A stretch of 64,000 nucleotides of DNA. It comes from Nitrospirota bacterium. GTDB taxonomy: Bacteria; Nitrospirota; UBA9217. Location of the stretch: NCBI GenBank assembly GCA_963749655.1, contig CAVVOB010000012.1, positions 1 to 64,000 of the forward strand, in the 5' to 3' direction. The position numbers and the translations under genes were made by a program. The notes beneath the pieces were generated by a model. The model saw only the letters and a program-made list of their open reading frames with translations, did no database searches and was not told the DNA's origin. Position 1 is the first letter of the stretch; each line of letters starts with the position of its first letter. Positions 9,909 through 19,932 of this stretch are shown one piece after another.

Positions 9909-10691
9909 TCACGAAAGAATCGACCACTCGTTTCGCCGAATGCCGCACCTGACCCTCTCCACAAAGACGGCGTCGGCCTCGCTTTTGTAGAGGTTCTCGT
10001 AGAGAACACGAAGCGTCCGCAGGCTGAGGACTTCTTTTTTGGCTTGCACGTTGAGCAACGGGAGGGGCTGAAGAGGGGCGTCTTTGGAGATCATTCCCTT
10101 CGCTGCCGCGAAGCGGACCCACTGTCTGCAATTGCAGGGATTGTCCTTTTTGATGAATTGGCACCTGTTCTCCATGTACCCGAACCAGCGTTTCTTGGCG
10201 CGGTGAAGCGTTGTTTTGACCGAGCCGACCGTGCAGTCCAGAATTTCCGCGATCTGCTTGTGCGGCAGGTCCAGCGTGATGGCCAGGCAGAAAACCGTCC
10301 GTTCATTGGCCTGGAGGCACTCGGTCATGGCATGGAGGCATTTGGTCCTGACCTGGCAGGCGAGCAGCTCGGTCTCGGGGTTGTTCGCGGGATTCGTATC
10401 GATGATTTCTTCGTGAGAATACCCCAGGTCCTCGGTCAGCATCCGGTAGGGAATCTTGTTCCGGTATTTCAGGTGGTCATTGGCGACGTTCAGCGCGATC
10501 CGGTAGATCCACGTAAAAAAGGAACTCTCCGCGCGGAAGGAGTCAAAGGAACGAAAAGCGCGGACGAACGCATCCTGGGTAATGTCCTCGGCGTCGTGCG
10601 TGTTGCCGGCGAGGGAAAGGGCGAGCCGGTACACCTTGGGCTGGTTCTCGCGGTAGAGACGGTCTAAGAGATCCTTTTGATCATCGAACAT
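9909..10691 (-). CDS. ECF sigma factor with Cys-rich C-terminal extension
   Basis: DAEDITQDAF, FFTWIYRIALN, IAEILDCTVGSVKTTLHRAK; extension CQFIKKDNPCNC. Confidence 0.85.
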   Translation of the reverse strand: MFDDQKDLLDRLYRENQPKVYRLALSLAGNTHDAEDITQDAFVRAFRSFDSFRAESSFFTWIYRIALNVANDHLKYRNKIPYRMLTEDLGYSHEEIIDTNPANNPETELLACQVRTKCLHAMTECLQANERTVFCLAITLDLPHKQIAEILDCTVGSVKTTLHRAKKRWFGYMENRCQFIKKDNPCNCRQWVRFAAAKGMISKDAPLQPLPLLNVQAKKEVLSLRTLRVLYENLYKSEADAVFVERVRCGIRRNEWSILS

Positions 10692-10715
10692 GAAGATACC
10701 GCTTCCTTGCTCCGG

Positions 10716-11270
10716 CTAGTGCTGCAGCCGGCCCATGATGTCCGCCGCGCTGAGCACTTTTGCATACACCGCGCCCAGCGCGGACATATAGGCGCCGTGG
10801 ACGTGCTGCGCAGGGACTTCGAGCCCGTTGAAAACCACGTTTCGCGCTGCGCAGGCGTCGTGGGCGACCATGCAGGAGTACCCCCGGTCGAACGCGGCTC
10901 TTACGGTCGCATCGATGCACATGTGCGACATCATCCCGCAGACCACGAGTTCCCTGACGCCGTTTGAAAGAAGCTCTTTCTGAAGGGCCGTGCCCCGGAA
11001 GCTGTTCGGGAAATGCTTGGTGACAACCGCCTCGCCGGGCAGGGGTCTCACGTTCTCATGGAAGTTTATTCCCTCCGTATTTGCCAGGAGGAATGTCGCG
11101 CCCGTACGCGTGGTGACATGCTGGATGTGGACTATAGGCATGTTCTTATGTCGAAAAAAGTCCAGCAGTTCTTTTGCCGCCCGGGTTGCCTCGACGGCGC
11201 CGACGACTTCCATCCTTCCCTTCGGGAAATAGTCTTGCTGAATATCCACTAATACCAGTGCGGTCTTCAT
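10716..11270 (-). CDS. Cysteine hydrolase (isochorismatase family)
   Basis: ALVLVDIQQDYF, KHFPNSF, CGMMSHMCIDATVR. Confidence 0.9.
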   Translation of the reverse strand: MKTALVLVDIQQDYFPKGRMEVVGAVEATRAAKELLDFFRHKNMPIVHIQHVTTRTGATFLLANTEGINFHENVRPLPGEAVVTKHFPNSFRGTALQKELLSNGVRELVVCGMMSHMCIDATVRAAFDRGYSCMVAHDACAARNVVFNGLEVPAQHVHGAYMSALGAVYAKVLSAADIMGRLQH

Positions 11271-11346
11271 GTTCTCTCCTTTGACCGGAAAGAGTCAACA
11301 TGCTTTTTTAATGCCCGGCCCGATGAATTTCCCTCTCCGGCTCGCG

Positions 11347-12100
11347 TCAGGCGAGAAGCCTGGCTACATCCCGGTACGTCACCACGACGGTAAGAATAAG
11401 GAACAGCGCAAGTCCCGCCAGGGTTGCAGCCTGGTAAAGCTTCGGGCTCAGGGGTTTTTTCCTGATCGATTCCATCAACAGCATGGTTAAATGGCCCCCG
11501 TCAAGCGCGGGCAGGGGGAAGGAGGTTCATGATGCCGAGGCTCAGGCTCAGCATTCCGGTAAAGTACATAAGGTTCAGGAAGCCTTTGGCAGCCGCCCTG
11601 CCCGCCAAGGCCGCGATCCCGACCGGGCCCGACAGTCCGTCCATGGCTCCCTGTCCTGTAAGGATTTTTACGAAGAACAGGAGCGTGCCCCACAGGACCT
11701 CGCCGACCGTTTTGAAGCTCAACTGGAGAGCATCAATAAAGGCAAGACGCTTTCCCAGGTAAAATACGGAAATAAAAACGATACAGGCAAAGATAATGTT
11801 GAACAGCGATCCGGCTGCAAGAACACACGCCCGTTTCCCGTACGACGCTTCGAACAATCCCCGGCCCTCTTCATCTCCGTCGCCCGAAAAGGATACGAAT
11901 CCGCCGACAGGGAGCATGCGCACGGTGAACGCGGTTTCCTTGTACCGGAAGACCGTGAGCAGGCGCGGGCTGAAGGGAAAGCCGATCGAAAATTCGTAGA
12001 CCTTGATCCCGCTCCGTCTGGCGGCGAGGTAGTGACCGAACTCGTGCACCAGTACGACTGCGGTAAAGACCATGATAAACGACAACAGGGAGATCATCAT
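11347..12100 (-). CDS. Site-2 (M50) zinc metalloprotease, RseP-like without PDZ (C-terminal frameshift)
   Basis: HEFGH, EFSIGF, GPVGIA, NLLP. The LPALDGGH tail lies in another frame and ends at 11347. Confidence 0.8.
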
Positions 12101-12203
12101 TCTTCATTCCTCCGCTCTGTATTTCAAGGATCACTCCGGACCATCGATGACGGCCCGGCTTTCTGCTGCTGCGTCGAGAAGAACGTTTTGCGCGGTCCCT
12201 GTC

Positions 12204-12578
12204 TTACACGGGCACTGTCGCGGGCGTTTCGCTGCGGAGTGATTTTGCTGTCCACACGGCGCCCGTGAGATCGACCAGGCCGAAGAGAATGAGCGTCGAC
12301 GGCGCAAGCCCCAGAACGACGAAGCAGACGAAGGAAACGAAGACGCCGATGCGGGCATAGACGGTCCAGCGGAAAAAAGCCGTGAACTCCGCCCGAACTG
12401 CCTGGATGTAGAAAAACGATATGCCTACGAGCAACGTGCCGACAATGCGGATCCAGATTTCCTTCGTCAACGGAACGCTGAAAGCGGCCAGCAGCAGGTT
12501 GGGAACAACGATCAGGGTGCCGCCCAGGAACGCCAGATAAATCCCGAATATCAAAACAGACCGTGCACCTTTACTCAT
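12204..12578 (-). CDS. Small integral membrane protein
   Basis: Four hydrophobic helices, GGAGG RBS. Confidence 0.65.
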   Translation of the reverse strand: MSKGARSVLIFGIYLAFLGGTLIVVPNLLLAAFSVPLTKEIWIRIVGTLLVGISFFYIQAVRAEFTAFFRWTVYARIGVFVSFVCFVVLGLAPSTLILFGLVDLTGAVWTAKSLRSETPATVPV

Positions 12579-12651
12579 GCTGCCTCCCTTATCAGTAGTA
12601 TCGTTGCCGGCTGGTCCGGAAACCCTTGAAGTCCATAGAACCGTGACCCGG

Positions 12652-13041
12652 TTACGACCAGGAGCCGCCCGCTCTCAGCAACTTGATCGTGGCTGCAAGC
12701 TGTGCAGCGGAAACGATCAGGGTCGACGCCAGGACTGCAATCGACGCCGGCGTCCTGAACTCCGGCCGGCCACGCGCGATAAAGTAAGAGTGCAGCGCAA
12801 ACGCAAAGGCTCCGCCGATGCCGAGAGCCAGCGAAAAATACAGGCCCGCAGGTTCATGGCGGGCAAGGAGCACCAGTCCGTACAGGATGGCGGAGAGCAG
12901 GGGTACGTGGAGGAGGAGAAAGACAGCGATGCCGCCCGGCAGACGGAACAGCTCCCATTCCTTCCAATATGCGGAGTCGATCTCGTGGAGGATAAGAAGG
13001 ACCGCGTTGGCGAAATAGATCCACAAGAGCGTATCATGCAT
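12652..13041 (-). CDS. DUF6713-like membrane protein
   Basis: NAVLLILHEIDSAYWKEWELFRLPGG motif; four TM segments. Confidence 0.7.
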   Translation of the reverse strand: MHDTLLWIYFANAVLLILHEIDSAYWKEWELFRLPGGIAVFLLLHVPLLSAILYGLVLLARHEPAGLYFSLALGIGGAFAFALHSYFIARGRPEFRTPASIAVLASTLIVSAAQLAATIKLLRAGGSWS

Positions 13042-13172
13042 ACGTGCTCCCTCCTGTGCAAGGGTGGTCTTCAGGCGCGAGTGTAGCAGAAATCAGGAAA
13101 AACGCAATCGCATTTTTATCACGGCGGGGAGCAAGACGCCCCGGCGCCGGCATTTCGCGCTCCCGACGTTTG

Positions 13173-13994
13173 TCAGGGTCCCTGCCGTGTCTTTCCCTTC
13201 GTATACAATACTCCCACGTCGAGCCAGATGCCTTTCTCGGTGCCGAGCGCGGCGACTTCCCTCAGGTGTTCTTCCTTGAAACGCAGCTGGTCAGCGCGCT
13301 GGAGCTGGCTCACCATTCTGCGAAATCCCGCGTTCCAGATCACGTCCCACCATTCTCCGGCGTCGGCAAGGTAATAGCCCACGTTCCTTTTTTCGACCTG
13401 GATCTCCGTGAGCCCTGCTTTTTCGAAAAGCTCTCTGCAGCCCGCTTCGTGGGCGATCCGTTTCCAGGTCTGGGGCGGCATCTTGACGCCGTATGCTTCA
13501 GCGCGTTTTACCATCAGGTCCTTGAGCGGATGAAAATAGTTCTCCTGAAAATTGGAGATCATGACCGTGCCGCCCGGCTTGACCGATGAGACGATGTGCG
13601 CAAGCTGGGCGTCCATGTTCTCCACAAAGAAGATGCCGAAGGCGCAGACAGCGGCGTCAAAGCGCTCCTCGAATCCCAGGGCCTGCATGTCCCGCTCGAT
13701 GAATTCCACATTCGTTCTATTGAGTGAAGCGGCTTTTTTGCGGGCCTGTTCGAGCATGCCGGGGGAAAAATCCACGGCCGTGATCCTGCCCCTCGGCAGA
13801 AGCGGCGCGATGGCAAGCGACGCATGGCCCGTGCCGCAGGCCACGTCGAGCACATGCTCGTTGCCGCGGAGTTCCAGAAGGGCTGCCATGTTTCGTGCGC
13901 TTTCCGGAAAGAACCGGAGCGCTTTCCCGTCGTATCCCCCGGAAACGGTGTCGAAGGTCTCTCTCAACATTGCCTTGTGTTGCTGTTCGTCCAT
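13173..13994 (-). CDS. Class I SAM-dependent methyltransferase
   Basis: VLDVACGTG, VDFSPGML, FDAAVCAFGIFF. Confidence 0.9.
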   Translation of the reverse strand: MDEQQHKAMLRETFDTVSGGYDGKALRFFPESARNMAALLELRGNEHVLDVACGTGHASLAIAPLLPRGRITAVDFSPGMLEQARKKAASLNRTNVEFIERDMQALGFEERFDAAVCAFGIFFVENMDAQLAHIVSSVKPGGTVMISNFQENYFHPLKDLMVKRAEAYGVKMPPQTWKRIAHEAGCRELFEKAGLTEIQVEKRNVGYYLADAGEWWDVIWNAGFRRMVSQLQRADQLRFKEEHLREVAALGTEKGIWLDVGVLYTKGKTRQGP

Positions 13995-14105
13995 GGTGCG
14001 ATCATTCCTTTCGATTGATCCCGCCGCAAGCGCCGCAGGCACTCCGGAGGGAGGCACTCCCGGCAGGCCCGATGGGGTCTGTTTTCGGGGTCCTGCTGCG
14101 AGCTG

Positions 14106-14630
14106 CTATTCGAGCAATCCCGCGCCTTGGCATCCCCCGGCTCCTGCCGGAGGGGGCTCCACTATCTTTTCCATAACGGTCCGGTCCTTCGACTTGTAAT
14201 GGACCGCCTCACGTTTTCTCCATCCGGCACGCTCATAGAAAGAAGGAAGGGTTCCTGAAGTATATAAATAGAGACGCGTGAACCCCAGCTTCCTGCTTCG
14301 CTCGACTGCGGCATGGACGAGCGACGCGCCGACGCCCCGGCCCCGCTCGCCGGGGTCAACGTACAACTGGGCGAGCCACGGTTTGAGTCCGGGCCGGATA
14401 TCCATGTCGCAGTCCACAAGGTTCACGGATCCGAGCAGCCTGTCGCGGTTCACTGCGATCAGGGTCAGCGGCAGGCTGCCGGCGGACGCGTTCCGGGAAA
14501 GCAATACCTGGTAATCCAATTCCGTCGATGCGCCCGTCAGATCGCCCCATTGTTCGAAATGCCATTGGGCCAGAAGGGGAACCAGGTCGATGCGCGCCGA
14601 GAGGTCTTCTATGTGAACGCTGCTCTCCAG
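14106..14630 (-). CDS. GNAT family N-acetyltransferase (apparent CTG start)
   Basis: PWLAQLYVDPGERGRGVG, LYLYT, FYERAGW. The frame stays open upstream (LLAQWHFEQWG) to a CTG placed behind an AGGAGG RBS. Confidence 0.8.
   Translation of the reverse strand: MESSVHIEDLSARIDLVPLLAQWHFEQWGDLTGASTELDYQVLLSRNASAGSLPLTLIAVNRDRLLGSVNLVDCDMDIRPGLKPWLAQLYVDPGERGRGVGASLVHAAVERSRKLGFTRLYLYTSGTLPSFYERAGWRKREAVHYKSKDRTVMEKIVEPPPAGAGGCQGAGLLE
14116..14163. repeat. Dispersed GC-rich hairpin repeat (copies at 27580-27617, 27701-27729, 50672-50690)
   Basis: aatcccgcgccttggcatcccccggctcctgccggagggggctccact with partial copies elsewhere. Confidence 0.6.
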
Positions 14631-14670
14631 ATGAGTCCCCTCCTGAAGGAACCGCTAGTTCGCCTTACCT

Positions 14671-15207
14671 TTACAGCCTCATCATCGGCAACGGACTGCA
14701 GGGATGGCTTTTCATCCGGGCCAACGTCAGTTCAACGAGCCGTCTATGAAAGCCTGCATTCGGAAATGCCGAAAGCGTTTCAGCCACGAAGCTGCGGGGA
14801 AGGCCGAACCGCAGCGCACCTCGTGAAACGTCTATCCAATCGGCTTTGCGAAAGAGTTCGACCAGCCGCGCCGGACTGCGCCGGTAAGGCGTGAGTTTGT
14901 GGTGATACGAGATCATTGCCGCGACTTCATCGGTCCGCGAGGCTTGGTTCATCTTCAGGAGATATTCCCGCGCCAGCGTACAGGACGGGCCGAGGTAATC
15001 GAACGTCCCGTGCGTCCAGATGCCGAGATCGTGAAAAGCCGCGGCAATGAAGATAGTGTCGGCGGCCTCACCATTGTCGCCGGACAAGGCAAGGCAAAAG
15101 TTTGCAACACGGTAACAGTGATTTTTGTAAGCCGTGAAATCCGGTCCCAGCGCCCGGCGGCTGTTTTCGAGAATGCCGTCGATGAGGGGAAAATGCTCAC
15201 CGATCAT
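14671..15207 (-). CDS. HD-domain protein
   Basis: YKNHCYRV, AAAFHDLGIW, HHK, FRKADWIDVS. Confidence 0.8.
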   Translation of the reverse strand: MIGEHFPLIDGILENSRRALGPDFTAYKNHCYRVANFCLALSGDNGEAADTIFIAAAFHDLGIWTHGTFDYLGPSCTLAREYLLKMNQASRTDEVAAMISYHHKLTPYRRSPARLVELFRKADWIDVSRGALRFGLPRSFVAETLSAFPNAGFHRRLVELTLARMKSHPCSPLPMMRL

Positions 15208-15217
15208 CTGGCGGTCT

Positions 15218-15790
15218 TCAAACCTGCTGTCGGTCTGCATAGATATACTCCGTAAAGCCCCAGTAGCGGATTTTTGTCCTCCGCGGACCCCGCCAGCCCG
15301 CGGCCAGCAGTTCACGGGCAATGTATCTGTTGATCAATCCGTGCCCGACCAATAATACGGAGCCGTGGCTTCTTGCAAGAGAGATCAATTCCAACGCCGC
15401 ATTCTTCGCCCTTTTTTGAAATGCCAGTATAGTCTCGCCATTCGTGCTGAAACCGAAGGACCATAAGAAGCGAAACGTTATTGCCCATACCGCAGGCGGC
15501 ATCTTCAGGAGTGCCCGTGATGTAAACGGCAATTCCGCTTCCCTGAACTGCCCGTTCGACAGCAGGGGCGCCCCGCACCCAAGTGCCCGGCCCGATTCGA
15601 CAGAACGCAGCAGGTCGCTCGTGACAAGCACGTTGCACGCCCTCGCGGCGTTCACAGCGGCGGGAGGCGGAAACGCGTCCCGAATGCCCGCTGAGTTGTA
15701 GGCGCAGATCCAGTTTCCCAGATCCTGAGCATATATCCAGGACCAGGGCAAGAGACCGGATTTACCATGCCGAAGGAGCACGATTTTCAT
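15218..15790 (-). CDS. Histidine phosphatase family protein
   Basis: IVLLRHG, SDLLRSVES, FREAELP, LLVGHG. Confidence 0.85.
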   Translation of the reverse strand: MKIVLLRHGKSGLLPWSWIYAQDLGNWICAYNSAGIRDAFPPPAAVNAARACNVLVTSDLLRSVESGRALGCGAPLLSNGQFREAELPFTSRALLKMPPAVWAITFRFLWSFGFSTNGETILAFQKRAKNAALELISLARSHGSVLLVGHGLINRYIARELLAAGWRGPRRTKIRYWGFTEYIYADRQQV

Positions 15791-15801
15791 GAAGCTGTCC
15801 G

Positions 15802-16713
15802 CTAGAGAAACGCCTGCATATCCGCAGCGATCTTCCCGGGAATGACTTCCTGCGGCATATGCCCTGCGCCGTCGTACACGATGAGCCGCGATCCGGGAAT
15901 GTCCCGGTGAAAATATTCCCCGTACCGGACCGGTATGACGGAATCTTCGCGTCCCCAGAGGACCAAGGTCGGAATCTTCAGCTTCTTGATATGGCCGGAG
16001 ATATCATCGGGCCCGCGGTTGCTCATTGCGATAAAGGTGTCACGGTTGCCCGCTCTGAGCAGGAGGTCGTAATAGCGGTCAACGGTCTCCGCGGGAATGT
16101 CCTTCGCGCCGAAAGCCTCTTTGAGATTCAGTGCAATGAAAAATTTCGGTGTGACATAGCGCACGACCGGCCGGAGCAGGGGGCTTCGCGCCATTTTTAC
16201 GGCAAACACGCCGTCATTATTGAGCGGATATCCATCTGCGTCTATCAGGACCAGTTTCTTTACGCGGTCAGGCCGTTCATAGGCAAGTTCGGCGGCAAGC
16301 CGTCCTCCGAATGAATTGCCTGCAGCAAAGCATGTCTCGACATGCAGGCTGTTCAGGAATGATTCCAGGAACCGAACGTACCACTCAGGCGAGTAATCGC
16401 CCGATGCATTCGGCCCGGTCAATCCGTACCCCGGAAGATCGAGCCGGATGACCCGGTATTTCCGGGAGAGCTCGGCAGCCAGCCCGTCGAAGGTGTGGAG
16501 CGACGACGGTGCGGCATGAAGAAGGAGCAGAGGAACGCCCCGGCCCTCATCGCGGTAATGGATCGACAGCCCGTCGATGGTGACGAATTTCGATTGTCCG
16601 TTCGCATATTTCGGCTTCAGCTTTTCCATGGGAACGTCGAAGCGGACTCCGGACGCGATGACGATGAGTACGGCCAGAATCAATAATCCGGGAAGGTACA
16701 GCAACTTCTTCAT
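15802..16713 (-). CDS. Alpha/beta fold hydrolase with N-terminal membrane anchor
   Basis: LDLPGYG, GNSFGG nucleophile elbow, WGRED, GHMPQE. Confidence 0.9.
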   Translation of the reverse strand: MKKLLYLPGLLILAVLIVIASGVRFDVPMEKLKPKYANGQSKFVTIDGLSIHYRDEGRGVPLLLLHAAPSSLHTFDGLAAELSRKYRVIRLDLPGYGLTGPNASGDYSPEWYVRFLESFLNSLHVETCFAAGNSFGGRLAAELAYERPDRVKKLVLIDADGYPLNNDGVFAVKMARSPLLRPVVRYVTPKFFIALNLKEAFGAKDIPAETVDRYYDLLLRAGNRDTFIAMSNRGPDDISGHIKKLKIPTLVLWGREDSVIPVRYGEYFHRDIPGSRLIVYDGAGHMPQEVIPGKIAADMQAFL

Positions 16714-17815
16714 AGGTTGCTCCCTTTTGCGTTTTCCACTTCTCGCCACCAGTACAGGTTTTCATGATGCGCCGGGTCGACCAGTTCCCCCATTTTCGGC
16801 GTGATGGTCCTCGCCTGCTGCCGTTGCGCCGCCGCAAGGAACCTCTCGATCGGCTCGTACCAGCTGTGGAGCGAAAGGTCGAACGTTGCCCAGTGGATCG
16901 GGACCAGGACCTTGCCGCCGAGATCGCGATACGCTTCGACCGCCTGTTCGGGATTCAGGTGTATGTCGGGCCAGTTTTCGTTGTATGCGGCGATCTTGAT
17001 GAACGTGACGTCGAAGGGGCCGTATTTTTCACCGATCTCTTTGAACTGGGCGGTCATGCCCGTGTCGCCGCAGTGAAAGATCTTTTTCCCGTTTCGCGAA
17101 ATGATCCAGGAACACCACAGCGTCCTGTTGCGGTCGAAGAGCCCCCGTCCCGAAAAGTGGCGCGCCGGCGCCGCCGTGACCGTCAGGCCGTCGAACCTCG
17201 CGCTCATCCCACCAGGCGTATTGATGGATCTTCGACGCGGGGACGCCCCAGCTTTCGAGCAGCGCCGCGACGCCGAGCGGCACGTGAAAGGATGCCGTCT
17301 TCTCAACGAGGGCCATGATGGTCGGCTTGTCCAGGTGATCATAATGGTCGTGGGAGATCAGCACCGCATCAATGGCGGGGAGGTCGCGCGCCTGGACCGG
17401 AGCGGGCTGGAACCGTTTCGGTCCGGCCCAGGAAAAGATCGATGCCCGTTCGGAAAAAACGGGGTCGATAAGAATGCGCTTGCCGTCAAGCTCCACGAGT
17501 ACGCTCGAATGGCCGAGCCAGGCGAACCGGAGACCGTCAACAGCAGGCTGCTCTGAAAAACCTGCCATGGACACCATTGGCAAGGGGTGCCGCGGTGTGC
17601 GGTCCTTGTGGCTTTGGAACAAATACTGATAGGCAGTATTCCAGTGTCGTCCCCGGTTTCATTACCGTAGTGGGTTCGGTATTCGTGAACCTTCCGTTGG
17701 AGAAATTTTTCGGCTTATTCATTGCGTCCTCTGAATATGCGGGATTTGACAGATACCAGCCGCAGCCCAATGCGAAGGTCGTGAGGAGCGACAGCGAGAC
17801 GAGCGTGATCGCCAT
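16710..17815 (-). CDS. MBL-fold metallo-hydrolase (NAPE-PLD/RomA-like), two frameshifts
   Basis: WLGHSS, ISHDHYDHLD, PARHFSGRG, GDTG, PIHWATF distributed over three overlapping ORFs. Confidence 0.85.
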
Positions 17816-17886
17816 GAGGCGCTTGATATTGAAGTGCGTCCGTCCATGACCATCTCCCGCTCGAATGCGACAGTCGGAGTGCGGTG

Positions 17887-18333
17887 TCATCGCGCCCTCT
17901 CGAAAGCGTTCAGGTTGTCGAAGATCCGCTGCAGATATCCCTCGAAAACATCGATTTCCTTTGACGTAAAACCGCTGTAAAACAGTTCGGTTTTTTCCCT
18001 GGTTATTTTCGTATACAGGTCCCGGCATTCCCGGTCCTTTTCCGTCAGTTTGATAAGTATCGTGCGGCGGTCCTCTTTCGACGGGACGCGCTTTACGAAC
18101 CCGGCCTGTTCAAGTCTGTCCAGCATGCTCGTCAGCGTGGATTTCCCGAGCGAGGTCCTGTTCGCCAGTTCCTGGATGGAGATGCCGTCCTTGTTCCAGA
18201 GGACGAAGAGTATCCTTCCCTGAGCCGGACTGATCTCGCTCAGCTCGTACTTGGCCAGGATTTTGGAGAATATCCGCTCCGACAGCAGCTGGACCTTTGC
18301 GATAAGAAAACCGCCTTGTCGTACTTTTTTCAT
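17887..18333 (-). CDS. MarR family transcriptional regulator
   Basis: AQGRILFVLW, KSTLTSMLDRLEQAG, DRR. Confidence 0.9.
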   Translation of the reverse strand: MKKVRQGGFLIAKVQLLSERIFSKILAKYELSEISPAQGRILFVLWNKDGISIQELANRTSLGKSTLTSMLDRLEQAGFVKRVPSKEDRRTILIKLTEKDRECRDLYTKITREKTELFYSGFTSKEIDVFEGYLQRIFDNLNAFERAR

Positions 18334-18803
18334 ATCTTGCTCCTCAAGTCGAAGTGAAACCGATCGAGCTGATGATAGTATTCCGCCGTCATGGGACGAA
18401 GACGAAGCACCGTATGGTCGGCATCGTGCACGCCGCCGGGATAGTACATTACCCATCCCTGCTGCCAGACCTTTTCTTTCTCCCTACGATCGGTGACGAT
18501 TTCTATCACTCCGGAAAGCATGAGCCCGCGGAACTCGCCCGCCAGGCAATAGTACACGGACACTTTGGGATTCATTCTGATATGGCCGATCTTCGGGGAA
18601 GAGGTGTTCGTTGTGAAGTACACGAGAAAATCATCCTCATGCTCCTTGAAGAGCGCGGCAAGACCGGGGAATTGCTCCTTCCTCCGGAGGTTGAACATCG
18701 CCCGGGTTTGGGGAAAGCCTTCGGGATCGACGGTCGTGACAAAGGCCGCTTCGGCAATCTCCATGAGCTCAAGGCCCAGCCTTTTCGCATTCTGTGCGTC
18801 CAT
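18330..18803 (-). CDS. Pyridoxamine 5'-phosphate oxidase-like FMN-binding protein
   Basis: FPQTRAM, YFTTNTSSPK, NPKVSVY, YYPGGVHD. Confidence 0.8.
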   Translation of the reverse strand: MDAQNAKRLGLELMEIAEAAFVTTVDPEGFPQTRAMFNLRRKEQFPGLAALFKEHEDDFLVYFTTNTSSPKIGHIRMNPKVSVYYCLAGEFRGLMLSGVIEIVTDRREKEKVWQQGWVMYYPGGVHDADHTVLRLRPMTAEYYHQLDRFHFDLRSKI

Positions 18804-18852
18804 AGCACTCCTCCCCGGCGTTTAGTTTTATAGAGTATAGTTCTATTTAGAA

Positions 18853-19650
18853 CTAATTGTCAAGGGCTATGAATTTTTGCATCCAGACGATGTCCACGTC
18901 CTGTCCGAACTTCCGGCTGATCCTCCTGAACCGTCCGCATTCCCGGAACCCGTTCTTTTCATGAAAATCCAGGCTCGGCTGATTATGGGAAGAAATGTTC
19001 GCAAGGAGTGTGTCGATGCCGAGCGCCCGGGCTTCATGCTCCAGATGATCGAGGATCGATCTTCCCAGACCCTTGCGGGTAAATTCGGGAAGGATGAAAT
19101 AACCGACCTCCGCCGTTCTGTTGAAGGCCGGGGAGGGACTGTATTTTTTCAGGAACGCAAAGCCGGCCATTTCGCCGTCCGGCATCTCCATCACATAAAA
19201 GGCATCTCCGTGCACAATTGTCTTCATGATGCCGACAAAGGCGACGTCCACAGGCTTGTCGGGATAGGCGGCAAAACTGTGCTCCACATAATGGTTGAAT
19301 ATCGCAGCTACTGCACTGCTGTCCCGGTCCTCGACCTTGCGGATGCCGACCCCGGAACCTGCGGCCTTTTTATCTTGTTTCTGCAAGTTGAACTGCGCCA
19401 GTTCTTTTCGGACAAAACAGCCGCTGATCGTACGATAGATCTCTTCAGCGATCGCAGGGTCGAGCCCTGCTGAAGCGGCTTTTGTCCGGACCTTGTCGAT
19501 AACCTGCTCGACCCGCGCGGGGTCGCGCACTCTCTGCTCGTCCTTTTTGAGCGCTCCAGCCGCTGCCACAAAAGCGGAGCGTTTTGACAACAGCGTGATG
19601 ATTTCATTGTCCACCCTATCGATCTCGCTGCGTATCTCTTTGAGGTCCAT
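18853..19650 (-). CDS. Chorismate mutase (AroQ) - GNAT (Pat/YncA-like) fusion
   Basis: N-terminal LKEIRSEIDRVDNEIITLLSKR..RDPARVEQV; C-terminal AIFNHYV, RKGLG, NQPSLDFHEKNGF..GRF...KFG. Confidence 0.8.
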   Translation of the reverse strand: MDLKEIRSEIDRVDNEIITLLSKRSAFVAAAGALKKDEQRVRDPARVEQVIDKVRTKAASAGLDPAIAEEIYRTISGCFVRKELAQFNLQKQDKKAAGSGVGIRKVEDRDSSAVAAIFNHYVEHSFAAYPDKPVDVAFVGIMKTIVHGDAFYVMEMPDGEMAGFAFLKKYSPSPAFNRTAEVGYFILPEFTRKGLGRSILDHLEHEARALGIDTLLANISSHNQPSLDFHEKNGFRECGRFRRISRKFGQDVDIVWMQKFIALDN

Positions 19651-19669
19651 TTCTTGCCTCCTGATGGTG

Positions 19670-19921
19670 TTAGTTTTCGAGCAGCGGATAAATATCGTGC
19701 TGCGCAGGAACGATATTCGACCATTGAGTCAACAGGGAATGCAGTTCTTCGGTTTCAGCCACGTCGAAAATAACGACTGCGCCCCTGCCTACACGCGGAT
19801 GGAAAGAGCGTACTTTGGCGTCTTTTGTCAGACGACCGATCCATGATCTAAAATCCTGTCGCGACGCCGCGATGTCCTCCGGCCGATCAGGCCGGGGAGT
19901 GCTGATCACAAGAAAAAGCAT
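19670..19921 (-). CDS. Small dimeric alpha-beta barrel protein (DUF3303/muconolactone isomerase-like)
   Basis: 83 aa, GAVVIFDV..EELHSLLTQW, DIYPL; RBS present. Confidence 0.6.
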   Translation of the reverse strand: MLFLVISTPRPDRPEDIAASRQDFRSWIGRLTKDAKVRSFHPRVGRGAVVIFDVAETEELHSLLTQWSNIVPAQHDIYPLLEN

Positions 19922-19932
19922 GGAGGGTCTCC

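Noticed and set aside
9396-10667. Long antisense ORFs (e.g. 9396..10667 +, 26256..27314 +, 54155..55789 -, 62253..63218 -)
   Set aside because: Shadow frames of well-supported genes on the opposite strand in GC-rich DNA; no motifs.
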